Shown here: in pieces, positions 1 to 10,928 of the stretch
Layout of the letters: each line of letters begins with the position of its first letter
Position numbering within the stretch: position 1 is the first letter of the stretch
DNA from: Psammoneis japonica
Lineage: Eukaryota
Assembly (NCBI GenBank): GCA_008632985.1
Contig: QPGO01000061.1
Coordinates: forward strand, 124,001-188,000
Direction of reading: 5' to 3'
DNA: 64,000 nucleotides
Position numbers and translations under genes: made by a program
The notes under the pieces: generated by a model
Told to the model about the DNA's origin: nothing
The model's database searches: none
The model's input: only the letters and a program-made list of their open reading frames with translations

Positions 1-2
1 CG

Positions 3-371
3 GCACTTACCTTTCGAAAACGAATCGGCGGGGAAGATGAAATTCACGACTATGTTCGCAAGCTGGCGGTGGAAGCCCGTCGCCATTTGATTGAATTGTG
101 GAATGTGTCTTCGTCAGCCCCAGAGTCGATGGAAGAGTTTGTGATCAACATTGGTCTGCCAACACAAAACTTTGCCATTGTGTCCAATCTTCAGCAACAC
201 ATGTTGCAACAACACAATGTGCACATGCTGACAGTTAAAGAACCAACAAGTGAAATGCACTGTACAAGGTTGTCTGCACAGGTGCACCTGGAACTGTCTG
301 ACTTTGTTCGCATGGGGCAGCTTGTTTTGGACTGTGTCCAAGAACATGATTCGGTGCAAGCCGATGCGTGA
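3..371 (+). CDS. 3' end of a PLP-dependent class V aminotransferase-fold enzyme (Egt2 / L-cysteine desulfhydrase / isopenicillin N epimerase-like); 5' part outside window
   Basis: Open frame from base 3: ALTFRKRIGGEDEIHDYVRKLAVEARRHLIELW...TRLSAQVHLELSDF, matching the C-terminal RxSAQxYLExSDF pattern of this family, with Tyr appearing as His/Cys near the 3' end. Confidence 0.65.
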   Translation, partial: ALTFRKRIGGEDEIHDYVRKLAVEARRHLIELWNVSSSAPESMEEFVINIGLPTQNFAIVSNLQQHMLQQHNVHMLTVKEPTSEMHCTRLSAQVHLELSDFVRMGQLVLDCVQEHDSVQADA

Positions 372-450
372 GGGAAGGGCTGAAATGAGAGATCCAGCAT
401 TTGGTGCAAGCCCGATGCATGAGAGAAGGGCTGAAGTGAGAGATGCGGCA
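350..450. repeat. Two-copy tandem repeat, about 52 bp unit
   Basis: ggtgcaagcc(c)gatgcrtgagrgaagggctgaartgagagat occurs twice in tandem. Confidence 0.7.
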
Positions 451-913
451 GTTGTTCCCCCCAGAGGATGCAAGGCAAAGACACTTTAAGTTGAATGACG
501 AGATGTGCAATTTCTTCGGTGCGGGTGCATCTTCACCCCGAAAACATCCGAATGGTTCTACCTTGGCTGCTTGCCTGCTTTTCGTTCATTGCATTTGACG
601 GCCGATTGCTTGCGCGATCGAATGGTTCGTTCGAGAGAGAAATGCTCACATGCGAAATCGCATGGCGAGAGGTGTGTCGCCTTTTGGTTTAAAATGCCAC
701 CTCACTCGGCTGGAGTCGTGCTGCATTCTGCCAGTGTTGGGTACATTCGAAGAGCAAGGGAGGCACATTGCAGCAAGAACTGGCAAAAAGGACACACAAA
801 AAGCAATGTTTTATTTGGTTGAATCATCGGCACAAGCAGGCTTCCGCTACAAAATCAAATGCTTTGCACAACAAGCATTGCACTGGTTCCCCTTGTGTCA
901 CAACATCTGCGAA

Positions 914-2656
914 TTACGAAGCAACCGCTCTCGTCGTGTCACCACGGCCTTGGTTCGCGGCAGCAGCAGCTTTCATCTCGTCAATGAGCTTCACTGTTTT
1001 CCGAATGTTGCGGAGATGTTCGCCTTTGGCAATCCCCGCGAAATCCCCTGTGATCGTTAGAACATCTCTCGGCATCCTTCTCAGTTCGGTGTGAACAGAA
1101 GCCGCTCCTACGAATTCTCTCTCAAAGTTCTCTTGAGCTTCCATTTCCTCTTTAGCGCGACTCAGGCATTCTCCAAACCTCTCTTCCGTCAACAAAGGAG
1201 GAGGTCCCCAGCTGAATGGACGTCGTTGCCACCTCCGAAAGGACTCTGAGCACTTGAGTGAGAAACGTGGGTCACCCAATGCCCAAATAGCCAACCTGTA
1301 ATCTCCACTCCGCAAATCATCCAAAGCAACTTCAAAAAGACATTGGTTGATTTCCATCACTTCCTTGAGAAAGTCGGAACTGCCCCTGAGTTCCTTGGGG
1401 GCCAAATGGAGCGATCCCACCATCCAATGGTAAACTGGACAGCTGCTCACCACCAGCAAGAGCTTGTCACGGTCGCTCTTCCATTCGTCTGGATGTGTTG
1501 GTAAGATTGGAAGGCCCTCACGAAGCCACAATGCCCCAAATTTCTCATTCCACATGTGTGTTGGAATTTGGTTTGCGAGCCGTTCAACTTTGAAATGAAG
1601 CGCTTCAAACCCGCAAGGTCGGCGGCGGACATCTGTGGCTTCACGACAAACATGATGAATGTTCATGTCGTTGAGCTTGTCGGTTACGAAGACCTGATGC
1701 GCCTCAATGAACTCCGTTGATGCACGGAAAAGGCAGTTTGCATCTTCGTTGATCAGCATCTGAATGAAATTGCTGAATGATGCCTGATCAATGTGTTTGA
1801 TTGGATCGCAGTTCTCCTTGCACGCACGTTCCACAAGGTCTCGAAAGGGTGGCAAGCGCTCTTCCTGGAAAAGACCAAGAACAGCAGTTGAACAAGAGCT
1901 TAAAACATTTCCCCAAACCTGGCGATCTTCAGAAAGGCAAGGAAAACGGTCAAAAATGTTCATCACAACATTGTGAAAACTGGACCCGCACGAAAAACAG
2001 TGATCCTTGGGGTTTCCATTCGGGTCAAGCATGGGGTGGCAGAATTCTGCGTCATCTTGCAAATGCGCTGGAATGCAATCCCACGCAAGTTTCCCTTCCT
2101 TCAACGCATTGGCAAAAACTGGATTCGTCAAGAGGGGCGCATCCGCTGCTTCTCGCACTGTGCCACGTCTCAACGCCTTCAAGGACAAAGGCGCCGATTC
2201 GCGCCATTCATCCGCAGCAGGATTCACTTCTGCCCATTTCAAAAAATCACTTTCACAGGCCTTGAGCACAGCCGATCGATGGTTCTCAAGCATGTCTGGC
2301 AACACCTTTTGAAGCGCTGATCCTGAAACTTGTGACCGGTGAATTGAAATTTCGCCTGTCACTGTCGCTTGCTTCAGAACCATGGGGTCCTTGTGCAAAA
2401 CGTCAGGCAACTCGGACCAGGTGTCAACGTTGTGGTGTGGATCACATGTGATCTTCACGGCGGCTCGTGAGGACGCGTCTTTGTGCTTTGTCACCTCATC
2501 TTTGAGTCCAAGCTCCTCTTCTTTCCTTCTGAGCTCGTCTTCCTTCTGCCTGAGCAAGTCTTCGAGCTCGTGAGTGGATGCTGATGGCGAACGACTTTGC
2601 TCCTTGCCAGAGTCGTCGTTCTCTTGCTTCCTCTTCTTGTCGGGTTGCATTCTCAT
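914..2656 (-). CDS. Uncharacterised coiled-coil + DUF4116-like repeat protein; TpA-depleted, possibly a decaying gene
   Basis: Long ORF with probable start MRMQPDKKRK at 2656. Coiled coil (LEDLLRQKEDELRRKEEEL) and repeats such as SLHLAPKELRGSSDFLKEVM. Only 2 Tyr in about 580 aa, with many Cys/His. Confidence 0.5.
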   Translation of the reverse strand: MRMQPDKKRKQENDDSGKEQSRSPSASTHELEDLLRQKEDELRRKEEELGLKDEVTKHKDASSRAAVKITCDPHHNVDTWSELPDVLHKDPMVLKQATVTGEISIHRSQVSGSALQKVLPDMLENHRSAVLKACESDFLKWAEVNPAADEWRESAPLSLKALRRGTVREAADAPLLTNPVFANALKEGKLAWDCIPAHLQDDAEFCHPMLDPNGNPKDHCFSCGSSFHNVVMNIFDRFPCLSEDRQVWGNVLSSCSTAVLGLFQEERLPPFRDLVERACKENCDPIKHIDQASFSNFIQMLINEDANCLFRASTEFIEAHQVFVTDKLNDMNIHHVCREATDVRRRPCGFEALHFKVERLANQIPTHMWNEKFGALWLREGLPILPTHPDEWKSDRDKLLLVVSSCPVYHWMVGSLHLAPKELRGSSDFLKEVMEINQCLFEVALDDLRSGDYRLAIWALGDPRFSLKCSESFRRWQRRPFSWGPPPLLTEERFGECLSRAKEEMEAQENFEREFVGAASVHTELRRMPRDVLTITGDFAGIAKGEHLRNIRKTVKLIDEMKAAAAANQGRGDTTRAVAS

Positions 2657-2999
2657 TTTTTCTTGCCGTTCTAGAATGCCCCACTCTGAGTCAATTCCAA
2701 ACAGCCAATTGCGGATGTGAAGCAAGGATGAGATGGGGCAGCAACGATTCGCATTGAGTGGCAGGCATTGCGTGATGGCATTAAAATGCAACTCGTTTGT
2801 TGACAGGTGGGAGACACTGTAATGCAATGCCGAGCAACGACAAAAAACTGTGGAAGAACGAACGGCGTTTCTGCCATCGTCGTGTTGTTTGCACACGCAG
2901 AACACGCAGGGACATTTTTTCCACAATTGCGCCACAAACGATTGAATCATCAGTTGTTTTTGAGGCTTTTTACAAAAATGCATCATGTCGAAAAATCAA

Positions 3000-4720
3000 G
3001 GGGATTTGCACCCTAATTGTGACAGTCTGGCCATCTGTCAAGTTGCGTCAAAAAGGTGGCGCGGTGGAGTGGATTTGGACAGATTTGCAGCATTCATGTG
3101 AAAATCCAGAGCGGGCCACATTAGCAGGCCATTGGTGCTCACTTTGCTCACTGTTGTGGTGCACAACCCCTCCAGGCTTGCCACTGCAGTGTGTTGTTTT
3201 GCTTGCTGCTGCAGCCCTGTGGAGCATGGACATGGGCTGGCAGCAAGAAAGTGGCGCAAGTTGTGCAAACCGCCCACAACAAAAAAAAAAAGACTGCTGC
3301 CAGAGACTCGTTTTCTCATGATGTTGGAGGAATGACATCACAGTGTTCACTTGCACTTAAAAAAAGGGGTGGCTGGCCAGCGGGGCACAGACATCATTGT
3401 CTTGGTGTGCAGAAACTGAGAGAGACAACTCTGGGCAGCATGACACACATCCTCACCAGGAAGAAGTTTTGAGCTGCACCCCCGAGTGTGTTGAAATCTT
3501 GCCTGCAAACAACACCACAGTGCAAGCAAGTGTGTTGAAATCTTGCCTGCAAACAACACCACAGTGCAAGCAATCAAAGAATTGTCTCTGCTTGTCATCA
3601 GAGGAGAATGGCATGTGCTTGCCCTTGAATGAAAAAGTCAAAACGCAAAGAACATGCTCACCGCGCATGCAGTTTTCCGGAAAAGGAGTTTGGCACCAAC
3701 CAAGATCTGGTTGACATGTTGCTCTGCCCATGGAAGACCCAGCTCAGCCAGGGTGGTTGCCATCAAAATGAGTTTTGTGTCAGAAAATGGGTGTGAGCAT
3801 CTTTTGAGCATCGCCCGCACAAACTTGGCAAAACAAAAAAGAAATGGTTGAATTGGCTGCTCAGTGCAGGAGGAGTGCACCAATTTTAGACAGCACTGTG
3901 GTGCAAAGGCCTTGTCAATTTTTGACAGCATGGCGCAGGAACATTGGTGGAAACACACCCATGTGTCAGAACGACACCAAGGCTTTTGATGAGCTCCATC
4001 TGTCTTGATGTCATGTTGTGCCAGCAGGGCTGCAATTTGACAGCAACTTTTTCTCAGGTGTGGATTTGGGGCTCTAAACACACACCCCAATGCATGGAAA
4101 AATTGCCCAACTGATGGGGTTTGCCCTCAAACAACTGTGCAGCCAAGCACGCAGAGAGGCAGCCATGAGAGCAAAATTGTCAAGAGCACATGCTTTTCAG
4201 GGCTCACTTTGTGAGACACAATCATTGCAACATAAAGACAACCACTTTTGTGATGAATTGTCTGCAGCAATTCCAGCTCAATTTCATTGATCTCAGAGAA
4301 ATCTGCGCCAGGGAAGAGCCCTGGAGAGCTGCAGAGGTGTGTCTGTCATCGCGAGCTCTCTGACATGCATCATGCCCCCCCTCTGCTGTCCTCCATTTCC
4401 AGCACAAAAATGTCATGTTCCACTGGGGCATGTTGCAATTGTGTTCAATCTGGACATCCTTCTGGAGCAAAAACAGCCTCAAATTCCGGGTTGTCAGCAG
4501 CAACATGAAGCTGTTGGAGCCAGCCAAAACTGCTGGGTCCTGGGTGAAAAAGTGTCAATGCCATCAATTGATGCAATGTGTGGCACACCCACAACCTTGT
4601 TGCAAGTAGCCTTGAGAGAGGAAAAAGATGTGCTCTGCAGAACTGCCAAGCGTGATGTTGGATTGATGGGCATTGTGCGATTTCGCCGCTTTTTTCTTGT
4701 GAGTCAAGTCAGTCAGTCTC
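3000..4720. mobile_element. Degenerate TpA-depleted repeat/TE relic, family not identified
   Basis: Same TGCA-rich, TA-poor composition as the identified TE blocks; no recognisable domain. Confidence 0.35.
3487..3573. repeat. Two-copy tandem repeat, 44 bp unit
   Basis: gtgtgttgaaatcttgcctgcaaacaacaccacagtgcaagcaa twice in tandem. Confidence 0.85.
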
Positions 4721-4954
4721 ACTGATGGGTGTCGCTTTTCTCATACGACTAGTTCGATCGGAGTGCGGTGTGTGCCTTCCATCTTGTTCGAAGTCGTTCA
4801 CACGGGAAGTCAGTAACGTTTCCACACACGTACCCGTTGGTATAAGCTTACGCAGGTGCCTACGGTGTAGGGTCTTTCTCTCGTGTGCTCACATTTGAAT
4901 TTGATACTTCTCTAGTAGCTAGACTGCCCGTAATCTGAAAGATATATCAACACA

Positions 4955-5812
4955 ATGCCCTCGTACGATGATTGCTTCACTACTTTCAGCGTCGAAGTCG
5001 ACAGCAGTATCGCATGGGTGACTTTTGATTACCCGCCGGTCAACATTCAAGGTCTGCCAATGATGGCCGACCTCAACAACTTGGCTCAGAAACTTGAAGT
5101 TGACAAGTCCATCAAGGTGGTGGTCTTTCAGTCGGCGCATCCGGAAATCTTTGTCGCTCATGCCGATACGAACTTCTTAAAGGACATGTCGAACAAAGCC
5201 TACTCTCGTGACGAAGTCAAGTTGTTGGATCTTCAAGTTGTGCTAGAACGGATCAGCAAACTTCCTCAGGCAACGATTGCCAAGATTGAGGGTTTTGCCC
5301 GAGGTGGCGGCCACGAGTTTGCACTTGCTTGCGACATGCGTTTTGCAGCTCGTGGCAAAGCCAAGTTCATGCAAATGGAAGTTGGCATGGGCATCTTGCC
5401 GTGTGGTGGTGGCGCCTCGCGCATGGCTCGTCAGGTTGGCCTCGGCAGGGCGCTAGAAATCGTTTTGGGCGCCCGTGACTTTGACGCTGACGAGGCCGAG
5501 GCGTATGGTACAGTCAACCGTGCACTTGATGTGGACAAGATTGGTCCATTTGTGGAGGAACTAGCAAAGCGCATTGCATTGTGGCCGTCCGAATCAATCA
5601 ATGCCACCAAACAAGCCGTCTATGCCTCCATAGATCTCCCGATTGACGAAGCTCTTCGCGAGGAGGCTTACTGGTTGTACCAGTCCACGAGTCAAACTCC
5701 GGCCCTAAAACGCTTTAAAACGGCAGATGAGCAAGGTGCGCAATTCGACATGGGGAACCAGCGCACCTGGCCAGATATGCTGGTTAAGATCCAGGAAATT
5801 AAGAACGACTGA
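4955..5812 (+). CDS. Enoyl-CoA hydratase/isomerase (crotonase superfamily), intronless
   Basis: 285 aa ORF with IAKIEGFARGGGHEFALACDMRFA and EVGMGILPCGGGASRMARQVG crotonase motifs. Confidence 0.92.
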   Translation: MPSYDDCFTTFSVEVDSSIAWVTFDYPPVNIQGLPMMADLNNLAQKLEVDKSIKVVVFQSAHPEIFVAHADTNFLKDMSNKAYSRDEVKLLDLQVVLERISKLPQATIAKIEGFARGGGHEFALACDMRFAARGKAKFMQMEVGMGILPCGGGASRMARQVGLGRALEIVLGARDFDADEAEAYGTVNRALDVDKIGPFVEELAKRIALWPSESINATKQAVYASIDLPIDEALREEAYWLYQSTSQTPALKRFKTADEQGAQFDMGNQRTWPDMLVKIQEIKND

Positions 5813-6531
5813 GGCCAAATACAAGACATCGAGATACATGTCAGCACCTGTGGAAGAATCGAATTTTTATGGGTATTGCCTTTGCCATAGCCAAAGAAGC
5901 AAAGTCAATCTGTATCATGAACCTTTTTCAATAATTAGAACACGGACAGGAAATAGCAATAATGATCGCGTCAATTTTCAATGTCGTCGTGGCTGTACGT
6001 ACACCGAGATTGTCCTGGCTTGTGCGATTGGATGTCCCTACTAAAGTCACATCATGGGACGGCTTTCATTCTGTCGTTGCATTCCCAATGCCAAGATATT
6101 GCTGCCATCTGGCAATGTGACGCAATCGCAGGAGAACCTGTTCACCCTTGCGCCGTTTCTCCAACGATAAACCTTGTAGTATTGACGAGACTCAAACCAT
6201 CCGGAATGCGGTTGCGGGATACACAAACACAAGACGCTGTTACACTACTTCATTGACTTTTATGCCTCGCTTTGCGGACGAGCAAGCGATTTCTCCTTAG
6301 AATGCATTGTTTCAAACGGGGAGATACTGCTCATCATTGCATAAGTTTGTGAAGGTGGTGTGCGAGCCTTAATGGCGAGAGAGAGGAGAGAGAGAGAGAG
6401 ATTTGTCAACATGATACTTCATTTGGCCTTGTACGAAAGCGTGTTCAGCTAGGAAAATGACCGAAAGCTAGGAGCTTTGTGCCACGGTCCGATATTGCAG
6501 TTCTCCAAGCGCTTTGCAACCACCAAACCAC

Positions 6532-8016
6532 TCAATTCTCTCTAGCGAAAATGACGCCAAAAATCAGCTCAATAATGTCGATCATGAGAATCTTCAATGA
6601 AGCGCCCGGAGGCACGCAAACAGAGTTTTGCTTTGGAATACACCTTCGTCCATGTGGACTTGCTGCCAAATTGACTACACCCGTACCATGTTGTAATCGA
6701 ATGAAAGAATAAGGAGTCAACCGCTCGTGTTTTCGGTCTTGCTGATTGAATCCGCACTGCCACCAAAACTGGCATTGTTTGGGAAAGTCTCTCCACGGCT
6801 TGTAGCTCCCGGCATTTTCATCACAGCACGCTCCGCCGTCGATACTATTCAACTCCAACACGGTTGAAAAGTTTCCAGTGGAGGGAACAACCTTGAGTTT
6901 GTTCTGTATAGTAGGCACGTCAGACTCGTGTGCCAATGGCTGGAACCGGTGTGGAGCGAGAATTAACCCCTCGTCAAGAGCATCCTTTAGCTGCGGCAGG
7001 ACCCACGGTTTGGATAGAAGAATCGTATCGGGCTCCGTCAAGTACACATATTTCCAGTAGGATGCATTATGAGTCCGTCCCAGCCACGCTTTTCCCGTTC
7101 CTCTTCGAGTTCTCCCTTGAACGCCTTTTGCAATACATACAACGCCCCCCTGGGAATGTTGATGGGAACAAACTTAGATTTGACCTCCTCGGTTGTAACA
7201 TTTGCGTATCCTACCTCGGTTGAACCAATCTAAGCACTGGCTCGTCATTATTGTTTGTAATGTTTGTTCCTTCCATATTGTCACGGACGTGGCGGAATGC
7301 GCGTTGCACATGGTCCTCGTCGTGCATTCGGTGTCCCACCACTACAACTCGACCAAAGCCAACCTGAAGAAGTGATGCTAACGTAGCCGCAAGTGCTGAT
7401 GCGGTAAGCTCCTTTCCTCGATCTTCCTTGTTTGGACTTGTATATGGCTGGAACGCAATCACCGCCAATGTCGGTCGCAGCGGTGAATCCTCTTGGATTG
7501 TAGCTTTCTGGACGTAATTGTGAAAACTCGAAATTGCCTTTTCAAACGGAGCAGGATCCTCTCCAAACACGTCCATGATTTTCCACCACTTGGACATGTG
7601 TTCCACGGAGAAATCCAACCAATCCAACGTCATTCGAATATCTCTTCTGTTGGTGTTGAAAAAGGCAAAGCACGCCGACTCGACCGTCGCAATGCGGTTA
7701 ATGTCGTAATGATGTACAAACTTGGACGTTGGTGCGAGCCACGAGGCGGAAAAGAAATCGTTAATTTCGGGAATACTTGCTCGATTGAGAAAGAAAACCT
7801 TGTTGTTCTTGTTGTTCTTGTGTTGTGTATGGTTTTGTAGTATGGCAGTAGTAGCATTGTAGTTTGATTTCCGCAGGCTTCATGCGATGAAATGTCGTTC
7901 TGATTCTGAATGCCCCATGTCACCAGATTTTTCTTTCCATCTCGGATATTCCATGCAGCAAGAATTACCACTAGTGCAAGCAATGTGAATCCTTGTGGAT
8001 GTCCGCTGAAAGGCAT
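6532..8016 (-). CDS. Type II membrane protein (putative Golgi glycosyltransferase-like), broken by about 3 frameshifts
   Basis: N-terminal TM (FTLLALVVILAAW). Frames join at about 7865, 7232 and 7092 to give ...WLDFSVEHMSKWW...GFGRVVVVG...PINIPRGAL...YWKYVYLTEPDTIL...PHRFQP. No GT-AG intron explains the shifts. Confidence 0.55.
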
Positions 8017-8644
8017 GGTTATTGAAGTAGAGGCAGTCGCAAGAATAAGCGAAGTAGAGTTTTCGAAGTTCCGGCAACGTGTATGTATTGCACAACGATT
8101 TTCCTATTTCTAAGAGTAAAACGAGATAAACCATGAACAAATTGGTCGTGACGTCATGATTTAGATGGTAATTCCTTCAACTTTTGAAATTTGATTTGCC
8201 AATTTTTGAAAATAAAAAACCAATCATCCAACAATCTACCGCAGGTATCGCACATTCGCACGATGACGTTCGCCTCCGCCTCCCACGCCGTTGCTGTCCA
8301 TTTCCAGTCCAGAAACGATTGAAAAGTGCTCAAGTTTACAGTATTCAATTGTGGTGGAGGATAATGAAACCCGAGGAGAGAGTCCTGTTTTAGCTCCAGT
8401 TCGAAGTTGTTTGTGATTGTCAATCTCCGTCCATCTGTTTATCAGAGAAAGGTATTCGAACTTCACTATTTTCCCCCTCGAAGAAAGTGACGTCATGCGT
8501 TGCCGTAGTGACAAGAAAATCGAAAGAGAACTCTGTCGACGCGAGGCAAATGCGAACTCCGATCGTTGGATCTTTTGCTCTTCTCAATTCTCATCGCTGT
8601 CGTGCGAGCCATCGCACAAAAAAACACGAGAAAAAGAAAGCACA

Positions 8645-10667
8645 ATGATAATCATGAAACGATTTCTTCTATTAGCGTTGAGTATCGCCCTGCAGTTCAG
8701 CACGAGCAATTCCTATGTGGTCCCTCGGATTATTCAGGTAAGGAGGAGAGTAGCTGATGGCTTGATCTCACTCCTAAGACACATAATATCCTCAGCATAC
8801 TCAACGCTTTCTCGCTTTGTCGCGTGACTCGTTTCTTTCTACTACTAGGGCGGAATGGGTGTTCGGATATCGTCATGGCAGCTTGCCCGTGAAGTAAGTC
8901 GTAAAGGAGAGCTTGGTGTAATCTCTGGAACGGCCATGGACACAATCTGTGTCCGGACGCTTCAGAATGGTACGTATTGCAAGAACTCAACATTATTTGT
9001 CAATCACGACTCCTTCCCCCTCAATATATATAAATTGTCTACTCTTTGTTGATGTAAATCTTTTAGGTGATCCAAACGGTGATATGCGTCGAGCTCTTGC
9101 TACATTTCCAGATCAAGACATGGCAAACCGGTTCCTCAAAAAGTACTTTATTGAAGGCGGAAAGGATCCGGAGAAGCCTTTCAAGAGCCTCCCCATGTGG
9201 ACGGTTACGCCGTCTCAGTCGTTGCTTGAAGCTGCCGTATTGGGTAACTACTGCGAGGTTTGGTTGGCAAAGCACAATGACGATGGGACCCCAACCGGTG
9301 GCATTGTGGGGATCAACCGGCTTACCAAAGTTCAGCTGCCAACGATCGCTTCCTTGTATGGTGCCATGCTGGCAGACGTGGATTATGTAATCATGGGAGC
9401 CGGAATCCCTCTTCAAATTCCAGGAGTGCTGGATAATCTTTGTGAAGGAAAAGAAGCAACCTTTCCAATTGACGTTCAGAACAGTGAAGATAACCACTGC
9501 ATCAAGTTGGATCCTGTGGAGTTTTGGGAAGCGGCCGGAAAACCAAATCTGCTTGCCGACTTACCACTCAAGAGGCCTGCATTTGTCCCGATTGTTTCTT
9601 CCGTGGTTCTGGCTCAAAGTATGGTAAAGGTAAGTTCAGAATCATGCGCTACTCTCTTGTCGCCAAGAGAGCAAAATGTTATTCCGCCGCCGTCTCACAG
9701 TATCATTTTGTGTGTTTGTGTGTTTCAATAATAGCGTGCCAATGGAAAAGGACCAACCAAGGGAATTGACGGCTTTGTTGTAGAGTTACCGACAGCTGGA
9801 GGTCATAATGCACCACCGCGTGGCTTTCAATACGACCCCGTCTCCAAGTCTCACGCTCTAGCACTCAATGACAAGGGGGAACCCATCTATGGACCCAAAG
9901 ATGAAGTTGATCTTTCCAAGTTCCGCAAGGCAGCCAAGGGATTGCCATTCTGGATGGCGGGGTCTTATGCACACGCGGACAAGTTTTGCGATGTGATTGA
10001 AATGGGCGGTGCCGGTGTTCAGGTCGGAACCATGTTTGCCTTGTCCAAGGAGTCCGGAATGGAAGCACAGACCAAACAGGATATTCTTAGCCGAATCGCA
10101 GTGGAGGACCTTGACGTGTTTACGGATCCTGTTGCCTCTCCTACCGGATATCCCTTCAAAGCACTCCAGCTTGAAAATACCTTGTCGGACGACGACAAGT
10201 ACTTGGCTCGTCCTCGTGCTTGCACACTTGGATATCTTCGCACTCCGTATATTGATGAAACGACTGGCAGAATCGCGTACCGATGCGCAGCAGAGCCCGT
10301 GGACGACTGGATCAAAAAGGGAGGAAATGTCGAGGCAACCAAGGGCCGAAAATGTCTCTGCAACTCGCTCTGTGCCAATGTTGGCTTTCCTCAGACGAGG
10401 TTGGTCAAAAACAAGGACGGCGAAAAGACCTTGTATGAAGAAGAAAAGTTCATCACCATCGGTGATGAGGTCAATCTATGTAGAAGGTTTTTGAAGCAAG
10501 ATGAAAATGGCCAGTGGGGCTACTCGGCGGGTGACGTTGTGGACTATCTCAAGTCTGAATGGGAGGAGACCACTGCCCAGAAAGAGCTCGAAGAAATCAT
10601 TCTTGATGCTGTAAATACGGACACAAAGGTCGAAGTCGAGGATTACGCCAACTACAATTATCCCTAG
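8645..10667 (+). CDS. Nitronate monooxygenase / 2-nitropropane dioxygenase family flavoprotein, 4 exons, N-terminal signal peptide
   Basis: Exons 8645-8737, 8849-8969, 9067-9629 and 9735-10667 joined by GT-AG introns restore PRIIQ/GGMGVRISSWQLA, MGAGIP, VELPTAGGHNAPPRG, WMAGSY, GVQVGTMFA and SPTGYPFK. Confidence 0.88.
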
Positions 10668-10928
10668 AGACCATGATATGATTGGATGGATGCTGCTGTA
10701 CAGCCTCGCTATCATCATCAGACAATCCAAGAACTACATTTTACATTATTTACATGGTCGTTGGAGGAACCAATAAGTGGTCGCTAATGAAATATATTGA
10801 ATCGGAGATGCAAACAACTGCCGAAGGATAAGAAACAGAATCGCACAAGCCAAGCGTATAATACACACTAGTAGAGATTCATTGGTTCTGTCGCATTCAT
10901 CTTTATCAACATCTCTACTCTAGTATTA

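Noticed and set aside
2657..2986. N-terminal extension of the 690 aa ORF
   Set aside because: It looks like stop-depleted upstream DNA. Protein-like composition starts at 2656.
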